Positions 9,062 through 16,950 of a DNA stretch of 64,000 bases are shown here, piece by piece. Source of the stretch: a virus. Its lineage: Duplodnaviria > Heunggongvirae > Uroviricota > Caudoviricetes. The notes under the pieces are model-generated. The model did not search any database and was not told the DNA's origin. It worked only from the letters and a program-made list of their open reading frames with translations. The stretch lies in the IMG/VR virus record IMGVR_UViG_3300035182_001709, one strand, 5' to 3'. Each line of letters begins with the position of its first letter. Position 1 is the first letter of the stretch. The translations under genes and the position numbers were made by a program.

Positions 9062-10690
9062 TCACCCGCCGGTGAAGACCTCCATGGTGATGACCGAGCC
9101 ACTTCTGATCTTCATCGGGAACTTGAGGTCGCCCGTAGCCGCAGAAGTGCCCGGGTAGACGTCGTTGGCATTGCCTGCCGAGGTGCCTGGGACCAACAGA
9201 ATACCATTCAGGTAGATGTTGAGATCCTTGGCAAAGTCCCTGCCCACGTAGCTGAGCAACGGCGCGTCCAGGTTCGTCGGATAGGTCACGTTGACGTTCG
9301 GGTTGATGAACTGAGCACCTGTGGTGCCAGCCTGCGCCCGCTTGCGGTGTAGTGCACCCGAGACTGCCGTGTAGATCGAGCTCGACAGGGCATCAAACGC
9401 GCCGAGAATCGAAGTTCCCGCGCCGAAGAGTGCACCAAACTGATCCCACTCCGCAATGCTGTTCGAGAAGTTGATGCTCGATGACAGCGCACCGGTGCCG
9501 TACTGGTCATTGAACTGCAGGTTACCGCCTGGGTTCAGTGACAAGTTGACGCTGGGCTGCAGGAACAGGCTCAGGGCGCTGCTGATGACGCCTGGGTTCG
9601 AGGCACCGATGTCGATCGGGTTGTTAGAACCCGTGCCAACAGTGATGCCGCTCTTGAAGCTGACAGCGTCATTGACAAACGTTGCCAAAGTGGCGCTGAC
9701 GATCATCTCTGTATACGTCGGACCTGCGAAGAGCGACCACATCTGCTGCGTGCCGCTCAAAAAGGTCCAGGACGTGCCTGCCGCCAGCTGAATGTTGGTG
9801 CCCGTGGTGTCGACGACAACAGTCGCACCCTGGTTGTCGATCGCCCTCTGCAGGGTGATGTCTGCCAGGGTGACCACAGAACCACCCGTAATTGGTTGCG
9901 GAATGTCGATGAAGATGTTGTTGGAGAGGTACGCATCCTCAGGCAGGTCCTTGAGGTCCGTCCTGCTGATGTAGGCGTAGTTGATCGTCCGACCGCCGAT
10001 GTCAGAGGCAGGGACCGGTGCCAGCGACGAGGTGCCGTTGATCATCTTCTCGTAGATGAACGAGATCTGAGTACGGTTGCTGACATCATCGAACGTGTTG
10101 CCTGTGGCAACGCCCGGTTCAGCCTGCATCAGGCCGAAGATCTCCTGCCCGCCGCCCAAGGAGGTGGTCAAGGTAGAGTGCGTCCAAGCGTCGCGGACGA
10201 TAACCAGGTTCTTGGGAGTGATTGCCGACGAGCCAGAGACCTGTTCGATGCTAAATGCACCGTAGGTTCCTGCGAGGGCAACCAACGTACCCGTGGCATA
10301 TGGCTCCAGGCCGACGACTGCCGGGCTGGCGGGTGCCGTTCCTAGGGACACTGACAGCAATGCAAAGTTTGAACCCGTCGCAATGTTGACCTGCGTGAGG
10401 TTCTGGCGGCGGAACAGGAAGCGGTGCTGTTCAAGATCGGCAAGATCGCTGCCCAACGTGTTGACGCCTCGGGCAGGCACGATGCCGTAACCGCCCGACA
10501 CCTGCGTCACCATGTCGTACCAGCTGCCTGTCATGCCGGCCCACAACAGCTGCCTGATCTGAGTCCTCAACGCATTGAGGTCATCCTCAAGGCTGAGAGA
10601 ACCGGTCTGCAGGCCGTCGCCAACCAACAACGCGTCATTGTACGTGTCTGAATTGAAGATCTGGGTTGGCTGATCGACAAACGTCCTCAT
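9062..10690 (-). CDS. Putative virion structural protein
   Basis: 542 aa, Gly/Ser/Thr-rich; C-terminal LNIYLNGILL...DVY...DL.F pattern; ATATTTAG late-type motif upstream. Confidence 0.6.
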   Translation of the reverse strand: MRTFVDQPTQIFNSDTYNDALLVGDGLQTGSLSLEDDLNALRTQIRQLLWAGMTGSWYDMVTQVSGGYGIVPARGVNTLGSDLADLEQHRFLFRRQNLTQVNIATGSNFALLSVSLGTAPASPAVVGLEPYATGTLVALAGTYGAFSIEQVSGSSAITPKNLVIVRDAWTHSTLTTSLGGGQEIFGLMQAEPGVATGNTFDDVSNRTQISFIYEKMINGTSSLAPVPASDIGGRTINYAYISRTDLKDLPEDAYLSNNIFIDIPQPITGGSVVTLADITLQRAIDNQGATVVVDTTGTNIQLAAGTSWTFLSGTQQMWSLFAGPTYTEMIVSATLATFVNDAVSFKSGITVGTGSNNPIDIGASNPGVISSALSLFLQPSVNLSLNPGGNLQFNDQYGTGALSSSINFSNSIAEWDQFGALFGAGTSILGAFDALSSSIYTAVSGALHRKRAQAGTTGAQFINPNVNVTYPTNLDAPLLSYVGRDFAKDLNIYLNGILLVPGTSAGNANDVYPGTSAATGDLKFPMKIRSGSVITMEVFTGG

Positions 10691-10751
10691 CGGTTGCGTC
10701 TCCTATGACCTAAGGTCGAGACTAAATATCGATGAGGAAGAATCAGAACGT

Positions 10752-11210
10752 TCAGTACGGATACGTCGCTCGAAAATTGCTACCCGACCTGTAAGGATGT
10801 AGCATGTGAACGATTGACCCAGAGACCAACACGTAGTCGGAATCAGACCCTTGTTCCTGTAGGATGCCGTTGTAGAAGAACATCAAGGCTGAACCAGGAG
10901 TCGGAGCAAATGATAGCGCAAAATCTCGATTGACGCCGTCGTTGAGGCCGACCGGTCGCTCCATCCACATCGTGGTGGACCCGGTCAACATTCCGGTGGC
11001 AGAGATGACCAGGTCGCCGCCCGGTCCCCCGTCCGTGATTGTCACGCCCGGGCCCTGAACCAGCCTGCGAGCGCTCGGGGGCTGCGTTCCAGCAACGCCT
11101 GAGACAATGACCCATGGTGTCGTATTGACGACCTGATCGAGCTGATCGTGAGTAAGTGTCCCTACACCTCCTAGCTCGCTGTGGTCATCTACTACCCGAT
11201 ATGCCGTCAT
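10752..11210 (-). CDS. Putative virion protein
   Basis: C-terminal P.G.NDG.N..F.L...P...S..FFYNGILQ..G.D.DY beta module, related to the C-terminus of the 9062 gene. Confidence 0.55.
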   Translation of the reverse strand: MTAYRVVDDHSELGGVGTLTHDQLDQVVNTTPWVIVSGVAGTQPPSARRLVQGPGVTITDGGPGGDLVISATGMLTGSTTMWMERPVGLNDGVNRDFALSFAPTPGSALMFFYNGILQEQGSDSDYVLVSGSIVHMLHPYRSGSNFRATYPY

Positions 11211-11271
11211 CCTTCACAGTCCCTGCTAACGTGAAAATATACCCTGTCGTGAACGACCGGGGCCGACGGAC

Positions 11272-11493
11272 TCACCGCGGGACTGTCAGAAATGATTTGA
11301 TGACGATCCAACGTAGTAACCGCGAAATTCTGACCTGCTCAGTCAGATTGTCTGAGTCACTCAGCAGTTCTTCGCTGTCATCTACGTCCTCAGCGCCTGA
11401 CTTCATCATGCCTGTCCTCGATGGACCAGGTTGATATGAAAAGACGCCTTCTGGCAACCTCACTTGCTTTTTCTTGTTTTTTCCGTGGGTCAT
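11272..11493 (-). CDS. Hypothetical protein
   Basis: 73 aa; GAGG SD upstream; fits operon packing. Confidence 0.5.
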   Translation of the reverse strand: MTHGKNKKKQVRLPEGVFSYQPGPSRTGMMKSGAEDVDDSEELLSDSDNLTEQVRISRLLRWIVIKSFLTVPR

Positions 11494-11559
11494 CTGGTTA
11501 CCTCACGGCAGCAACTCAAGGTTTCTATCTTGTTGCAGCACGTTCATGCTGCATAACTA

Positions 11560-12165
11560 TCACAGACCCAAAGCGCCAGACACTTCCGCGGGCGTCAGTT
11601 CATCTTCTGGCAGCGGCTCAGTCCCCTCGAAAGCACCTGTCAGGTCGACGGGTTCAACATCACCATGGCCGTCCATCCACCGACGGCTGCACTTGACGAT
11701 GCGCTTGCCTGCTTCACGGAGATCCTCATTTGTGACATTGACGAAGAGAATGCACTTGTCAGCTGCACGAGCTTGGGACTCAGCCATCAGATTGCCGCAC
11801 AACTCTGACTGCACCTTCTGAAGGTGCGCAATGTCGGCTAGCTCGTCGAGCACGGCCCGTGTCAGGTGCATATCCTCACGAATTTCGCGGAATGATTCAC
11901 CCGACTTCACCTGCCAATCCTTTATGCTCTTGAAAGAGGAATCGATGTGCATCCGCGGGTCGTTGAAAGCGCAGTCTTTGGTGACCTCAGCCAGCATCTT
12001 GTCATCATAGACCAGATGTGCCGCGATATCGTCGGTTCCCTTCAATGAAGTTCCGACGCCGGCGTTCTTCCGACGCGCATAGTCAACGATTTCGTCGTTT
12101 CTTTCAGCCGCCATAATCGCGAGGGTCTCTTCTAGCGCAGCGCGGTCCAACTTAAAATCACTCAT
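11560..12165 (-). CDS. Hypothetical protein
   Basis: 201 aa; GAGGAG SD; ATATTTAG motif 37 nt upstream. Confidence 0.65.
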   Translation of the reverse strand: MSDFKLDRAALEETLAIMAAERNDEIVDYARRKNAGVGTSLKGTDDIAAHLVYDDKMLAEVTKDCAFNDPRMHIDSSFKSIKDWQVKSGESFREIREDMHLTRAVLDELADIAHLQKVQSELCGNLMAESQARAADKCILFVNVTNEDLREAGKRIVKCSRRWMDGHGDVEPVDLTGAFEGTEPLPEDELTPAEVSGALGL

Positions 12166-12202
12166 GTTATCTCCTCAAAAGCGCGGCAGCGCTCCACTGG
12201 AG

Positions 12203-12805
12203 CTAAATATTGACTCGAGTGAGCAGGATGGGTTCGCCGGCCAGCGGACGGGCCGTCTTCCACTCGGGATACGCAGCAAGGAACTCATCGACGGCAGGCT
12301 TGACGCCGTGCTTCTCCGTCTCGATCTTGGCAGTCGCGTCCTTGACGTCCTTGTAATCAGGCCGCTCAGCATACCAGAGGTCCTTGTCAGACCACCGACC
12401 CTCGTAATCGTCAATGATGACCAGAGAGTGTGGATGACACAGGTCCTCGAGGTGCAGCAGCTCCTGTTGAACAGTGTGGAAGTTGTGATCGCCGTCCAAC
12501 AGCACTAGATCGAACTTCATGCCTTGCGCGACCAACTTGGGCAAGACATCGAGGCTGTTGCCCTGAATGAGGAACAGTTGCTGGTTTGGGCTCAAGTCTA
12601 GGTTCCTCGACATGATGGTGACCTGCTCTTGGACCAGAATATCCACACCGACCATGACGAACTGTTCCTTGGCCCGCGCCATGAAGGCTGCCAAAGGAAA
12701 CAACGAGACGCCACGATCGACACCGATCTCGATGACAAACGGAGGATGAGGCAACCGATGAATGAAGTTCTTCATCATCGGCAGATACCCGTGATATGCC
12801 ATCAC
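12203..12805 (-). CDS. Class I SAM-dependent methyltransferase (Methyltransf_24-like)
   Basis: VIEIGVDRGVS motif I, MVGVD, FDLVLLDGDHNF, VIIDDY. Confidence 0.85.
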   Translation of the reverse strand: MMAYHGYLPMMKNFIHRLPHPPFVIEIGVDRGVSLFPLAAFMARAKEQFVMVGVDILVQEQVTIMSRNLDLSPNQQLFLIQGNSLDVLPKLVAQGMKFDLVLLDGDHNFHTVQQELLHLEDLCHPHSLVIIDDYEGRWSDKDLWYAERPDYKDVKDATAKIETEKHGVKPAVDEFLAAYPEWKTARPLAGEPILLTRVNI

Positions 12806-13092
12806 GCCACCCGCCTCAGATACGTTGGCCTAATGTCATTGGGATCGAACCAAACGCATTGGTGCTTCTCACGGCGTTTGACAGGCACATAGCGTCCATG
12901 AATGATCATGCGTTGCAGGGTGACGAGGATGCCGGGAGGCCTGTCAGAATCTCCAGGCTTATCAGGCACACACTCACGCGTATAGATCCGTGTGGCACGC
13001 ACGTACGTGCCATTTTCTTTCTTAATGAACCCAGTGATCACCAATGGTGACATCTGGACCCGCTTCGCCTTCTTGTCGTTGTGACCCATCAC
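12802..13092 (-). CDS. Hypothetical protein
   Basis: 96 aa; overlaps both neighbours by 4 nt. Confidence 0.55.
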   Translation of the reverse strand: MMGHNDKKAKRVQMSPLVITGFIKKENGTYVRATRIYTRECVPDKPGDSDRPPGILVTLQRMIIHGRYVPVKRREKHQCVWFDPNDIRPTYLRRVA

Positions 13093-13313
13093 TGCCCCGC
13101 GATCAGCGCCTGGACTGCGGTCTCTACGCGGCGACGTAGCTCTTCCGGCAGCGCAGACAACAAAACGTAGGTCTCAGCTTTGACCGATGAGACGAGTGGA
13201 CCACCGACGGTGTGAACGTCAGCGGGTTGAACGCCGACGCGCAAGGCGATGGGTGGCGGGCCCTTACGGGCCGCCATGATCGGTGCATAGAGGTCGATCT
13301 TCTGGACTTCCAT
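13089..13313 (-). CDS. Hypothetical protein
   Basis: 74 aa, operon-packed. Confidence 0.55.
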   Translation of the reverse strand: MEVQKIDLYAPIMAARKGPPPIALRVGVQPADVHTVGGPLVSSVKAETYVLLSALPEELRRRVETAVQALIAGQ

Positions 13314-13316
13314 GGT

Positions 13317-13496
13317 TCAACCCTTCAGGACGCCCTTACCTTCGTTGAGTGCCTGATTTGCCCGAGCGAGCTCCTTCAACAGAAGGTTTCGCTGTTCCTT
13401 GAGGGCCACCACGTTTTCTCCGCGGTTGGTCTTTTCGTTGATCTGGGTCTCAAGGTCCCTGATCTGCTCGGCTAGCAGTTCTGACGTTGCTGACAT
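13317..13496 (-). CDS. Small coiled-coil hypothetical protein (59 aa, absent from ORF track)
   Basis: MSATSELLAEQIRDLETQINEK...KGVLKG; AGGAGAGG SD; stop lies 3 nt before the next start. Confidence 0.65.
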   Translation of the reverse strand: MSATSELLAEQIRDLETQINEKTNRGENVVALKEQRNLLLKELARANQALNEGKGVLKG

Positions 13497-13519
13497 GGAC
13501 TTTCCTCTCCTTGGTTGTC

Positions 13520-13740
13520 TTACACCATTCGTGCGCGGAGGGACTGGGATCTATACCTTCTCGTCATTGTTCCATCGACAACATCGACGAGAACGTCTCC
13601 TTCCACGGACGATTTCCCGAGACCAGCGGGCACATGGTCCAACGTGGACACACGGAGCTTGAATCCTGCTGATTTTACCTTGACGTATGCAAATGCCAGT
13701 GCCTGGCCGCGCCAATCCCAACAACTGGTCTGTTTGGCAT
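13520..13740 (-). pseudogene. Probable frameshifted small gene
   Basis: ATG at 13740 (MPNRPVVG) joins DWRGQALAFAYVKVKSAGFKLRV...VDVVDGTMTR...MV if one G is added to the GGG at 13717-13719; span is 221 nt (3n+2). Confidence 0.35.
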
Positions 13741-13771
13741 TTGTTGTCTTTCAGTTTGTAACTGTGATTCT

Positions 13772-14511
13772 CTAGTAGGACTTAACGACCTTTCCCGTCG
13801 TTCTGTCCCACGCCGCCATCGTGGCATCGATGAACTTGACCTGCTCGTCAAGCTCTAGTTCTTGATTGTTGACTCGAATTAGAAGGATGCCGCGTTTCAC
13901 TGCCTCACGTTCCTCAAGTCAATCTCTGAATTGCATCGTCTCGAAATCATGACCTGCGTGCACCTGTCTGAAGTGCCATTCACCGTCAGATTCGACCCAA
14001 ACTTTACCGTCGTCAGACACAATGTCAACATCGAACATTACACCGTCGATGGACACCTGCTTGTGTCTCTTGAATCCTCGAGACCTCAGCAGTTCTGCCA
14101 AGGCGCGTTCTGCTTTTAAGGAAGAATGACGATTATCAACTCTCGATAAAAGAAATCGATGCCGTAGCTCAACGTCTTGAGCAAGACGTTGTTTCATTGA
14201 GTTACTTTTCTTCTCACTTGATTCTTGCGTGAACTTACGACGAGCTGCACACGCCTTGGAACATGTTTTCTTGACGTACACTTTTCGTTCCGGTGAAAAC
14301 AACACCTGAAAAGTAGTGCCACACTCACACGTGCGCTCTTCGGTCACGAGCGTCTTTTCACCGCACCTCTTTGCAGTGGAGGCGCGAGCGTTCTCTTTGA
14401 TCTTTTCAAGGCCTTCTTTGAATACGCTTGGGGCTTATGTTGCCACCTCACGTGGTTAGCTTTAGCTTGAAAAGTCTCAAAGAGAAGTTCACATTCATCA
14501 CATCGTCACAT
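13772..14511 (-). pseudogene. Decayed free-standing endonuclease (zinc fingers plus Vsr/DUF559-like PD-(D/E)xK domain)
   Basis: ATG-TGA-RCDEC..NHVRWQH zinc finger; 1-nt frameshift near 14434; CECG..CSKAC; FDVDIV..VWVESDGEWHFRQ; in-frame TGA at 13919-13921 followed by LEEREAVKRGILLIRV... to TAG at 13772. Confidence 0.75.
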
Positions 14512-14557
14512 GACAATAACTACACGTCATTTCCGTGGAGGTGATCAAAATAGAACA

Positions 14558-14929
14558 TGGTGGAGGCGCCCGGAATCGAACCGGGGTCCGTAACAGATCC
14601 TCTGAGGACCTCATCCACAGGCTTGGTCCGTCTTGTTGCTCAACCTCCGGACGGGTCTAGCGACGCGAAATTTAGCGAGCTGGTCACCAACTCGACACTA
14701 CGTTTTACGTCCAGTGCTTTGACGTGTTCCGCTTAACGTCCGGTTCCCCGACGTTTTCCCTGGCTTTCTGTTTCTAGGCGCCAGGACCCCATTCCTCAGG
14801 CCGCGAGGGCGAGAGGAGCAACACCATTGTCGTTGGCGTTTATACGTCACATGGGTTTTGAACTGGTCCCTCGTGCACCAGTGCCTGCAGTCTACAGTCT
14901 CAATGCCACGTCGAAGCCTAGTCGCCCCC
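14558..14929 (-). ncRNA. ssrA: tmRNA (372 nt)
   Basis: 5' GGGGGCG pairs with 3' CGCCTCC-ACCA giving the G3-U70 Ala identity pair; 5' GGCTTCGAC motif; T arm CCCGG-TTCGATT-CCGGG; encoded CCA; internal tag ORF. Confidence 0.95.
14796..14837 (-). other. tmRNA tag peptide reading frame ANDNGVAPLALAA*
   Basis: GCC AAC GAC AAT GGT GTT GCT CCT CTC GCC CTC GCG GCC TGA preceded by ATAAAC; AND...LAA is the canonical tag pattern. Confidence 0.9.
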
Positions 14930-14991
14930 GTGCATTTGACCGAACAGCTCAGTTGTCAAAGATCGATGGCCGTAATTATGGCCTCACAGCG

Positions 14992-15369
14992 TCACTTCTT
15001 ACCGCGAGGTTTTCCACCGGGCGGTTTGGGGTGCCCGCCCTTGCGCGGGTAAGTTCCCGCCTCAAGGTCGTCATCGTCCAACGTCAAGAAGTTCTCGGGC
15101 CGGGCCATCTGCCGCAGGTCCTCGTTCTTCTTCTCCAGCTCTGTAATCTTCTCCTTCTGGACCTTTTCCCAGCTATCGAAAAGTTCATCGTCTGTTGGGC
15201 CAGCGCCTGATCTCGTCAGCGAGGAGATGATGTAGGCCCGTAGACGATTGTGAATCTCACGCAAGGCTGCTTCATCTGAGCCTACCGCCACCGACAATTC
15301 GCTCTCAAGTGCCCGGACCAGTAAGTTGTACAAGGCCAGGAACTCTTTCGGGTGAATATTCAACTTCAT
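14992..15369 (-). CDS. Hypothetical protein
   Basis: 125 aa, helical with a basic Pro/Gly/Lys tail. Confidence 0.65.
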   Translation of the reverse strand: MKLNIHPKEFLALYNLLVRALESELSVAVGSDEAALREIHNRLRAYIISSLTRSGAGPTDDELFDSWEKVQKEKITELEKKNEDLRQMARPENFLTLDDDDLEAGTYPRKGGHPKPPGGKPRGKK

Positions 15370-15372
15370 TAA

Positions 15373-15972
15373 TCAGCTCCGGCCCTGGAGCCTGTATGTC
15401 GTGTCGACAGTCAGGAGCTTCGTCCACTGCTTCGGGAACTTGGGAACGTTGACTGTGATCCAGTCGTGATTAACGTAGAGATCAATCGATCTCCCATGAC
15501 GTCGAACGAAGCCCACGTCCTCGTACTCGGTGTAACCGTCGAGCACTACATCGACCTGGTCGCCTTCCACGTGTTCAAATTCGAGTGACTGAGAGTTGTC
15601 GGTCTTGACGACCGGCAGTGCATGCAGCACGGATGCCGAGATCGTCTCTTCCACGTTAGGCAGGGAACTATCATCTTCCGCCTCTTTGGCGACGTCTTCG
15701 TAGACCTCGTCCTCATCCTCATCGTCCATGATGAGGCTGCCATTTGGCTTGGACTTCAGGCGCACGCGCTCTTCGGAAACGTGACAATCATCGCTGCACT
15801 CGTGGTCGCACTCGTCAACATCATCTTCAACATCAAGGATAAAGTCGTTGAGCCGACCACGAAGATTGCGAACACGCTCGGTAATCGTTGACGATTCAAC
15901 CAGCGACCGTGTCTGTTCGTAGTGAAACAGTACCTTCGCCAAAAAGAGCGCCTCTACCTTAGTCAGTCTCAT
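15373..15972 (-). CDS. Acidic hypothetical protein
   Basis: 199 aa with Asp/Glu-rich centre; GAGAGG SD. Confidence 0.65.
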   Translation of the reverse strand: MRLTKVEALFLAKVLFHYEQTRSLVESSTITERVRNLRGRLNDFILDVEDDVDECDHECSDDCHVSEERVRLKSKPNGSLIMDDEDEDEVYEDVAKEAEDDSSLPNVEETISASVLHALPVVKTDNSQSLEFEHVEGDQVDVVLDGYTEYEDVGFVRRHGRSIDLYVNHDWITVNVPKFPKQWTKLLTVDTTYRLQGRS

Positions 15973-15986
15973 GTTTGCCTCTCAAC

Positions 15987-16044
15987 GCCGCAAGGCCGGG
16001 AACCCGTAGGCACCCGGCCGCAGCAATGCACTTCCCTTACGGGA
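15987..16044 (-). promoter_or_regulatory. Paired tetraloop hairpins in an intergenic region
   Basis: UCCC-GUAA-GGGA (GNRA loop) and GGCCGGGUGCC-UACG-GGUUCCCGGCC (cUACGg loop) with a further GCUGC/GCGGC extension. Confidence 0.45.
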
Positions 16045-16302
16045 TTAGCGCGACTTGTTGGTCGCGCTGTAGTGCTTGTGCAGGAGGCGGTACATGGTGC
16101 GCGCCTCGGCACCCGTCAACCGCAGCGCACCTTCCGGGAAGTCGATGAAGACCGACGTCGCGTTCGTGCGAGGGTTGGTCGACGCCGCGAACAACATTGC
16201 ACCTTCGTCACGAAGGACGGTCTCGGTCCGGATGTTGCCCTTGCGGTCCTCACGGCTGTTGATGCGTGCGTTGCGGTTCGTCGAGATGTTGGATCGGCTC
16301 AT
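16045..16302 (-). CDS. Hypothetical protein (probably early)
   Basis: 85 aa; AAGGAG SD; TGTACA-N17-TAATGT upstream. Confidence 0.7.
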   Translation of the reverse strand: MSRSNISTNRNARINSREDRKGNIRTETVLRDEGAMLFAASTNPRTNATSVFIDFPEGALRLTGAEARTMYRLLHKHYSATNKSR

Positions 16303-16345
16303 GGGATAATCTCCTTAGGCAGGTTGATTCCGTGCCCGTAGTAGA

Positions 16346-16374
16346 ACATTACCCGCCCAAGTGGATCATGTACA
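16346..16374 (-). promoter_or_regulatory. Sigma70-like early/middle promoter TGTACA-N17-TAATGT
   Basis: Exact 17-nt spacer; the same -35 variant recurs before other genes. Confidence 0.6.
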
Positions 16375-16410
16375 CGTCACAAAATCATTTCAGATCTTTG
16401 GATCATTTAT

Positions 16411-16833
16411 TCACACATCTCGGCCAGGGTTAGACACCGTCCGATTATCAGAAGATTTTTCTAGGGGCCTTCTAATAAAGCCATAGAGGTACTTGGCGGC
16501 CTCGTCGAGCTGCAACTGGAAGAGTTGCCACCAGACGTTTCCGAGAATGTCGGCACGTTCCTTGCCCAAGGTTTCCTTGACTTCAGCCTTGAAGTTTGTG
16601 TAGTCGATTTCGAGAGCACACTCTGCAACGACTCGGGACCACTCCTCGCGCCACACGGCGACGCGGTACTTGTAGTCCGTGCCGCAGTCCTCCTCAATCG
16701 GAGATGAATTGACCTCGTAGGTCTCAATGAGACGCACCAAATCTTCTCGCACTCGTGTGCGAACCCAGATGATGCGCTCGTCCTTTTTGTCCTGAACGGC
16801 ACTGTAAAAACCGTCCAACGTGAATAGCCACAT
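16411..16833 (-). CDS. Hypothetical phage protein
   Basis: MWLFTLDGFYSAV...WVRTRVREDL...TDYKYRVAV...IDYTNFK; start set at ATG 16833 (ORF track starts at 16878). Confidence 0.65.
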   Translation of the reverse strand: MWLFTLDGFYSAVQDKKDERIIWVRTRVREDLVRLIETYEVNSSPIEEDCGTDYKYRVAVWREEWSRVVAECALEIDYTNFKAEVKETLGKERADILGNVWWQLFQLQLDEAAKYLYGFIRRPLEKSSDNRTVSNPGRDV

Positions 16834-16896
16834 ACAGTTCAATCGTATTCCAGCGTCCTGAGCAATTGCACTGTACACAATCGTTAGTGCTTAAAC

Positions 16897-16930
16897 AGGC
16901 GAAGGCCCGCGTTTGCGGGCCCTCAAGCCT
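16897..16930 (-). terminator. Probable intrinsic terminator after the major capsid gene
   Basis: AGGC..GGCCCGC-AAAC-GCGGGCC..GCCT followed by GTTT, 20 nt after the stop. Confidence 0.6.
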
Positions 16931-16950
16931 TAGGATTTCCCTAGTGAACG

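Noticed and set aside
13772-14511. Stop-codon reassignment (TGA read as Trp) suggested by two in-frame TGAs
   Set aside because: Many intact genes and the tmRNA tag end in TGA, TAG also terminates genes, and the same locus has a frameshift; pseudogenisation is simpler
14537-14546. Perfect GGAGGTGATC SD on the plus strand (anti-SD copy in the tmRNA trailer)
   Set aside because: The nearest ATG is 15 nt from GGAGG and opens a short frame antisense to tmRNA; a single occurrence with no supportable function
14558-14600. Stand-alone tRNA
   Set aside because: T arm and acceptor half pair with a 5' end 370 nt away around a tag ORF; there is no anticodon arm, so it is the tmRNA tRNA-like domain
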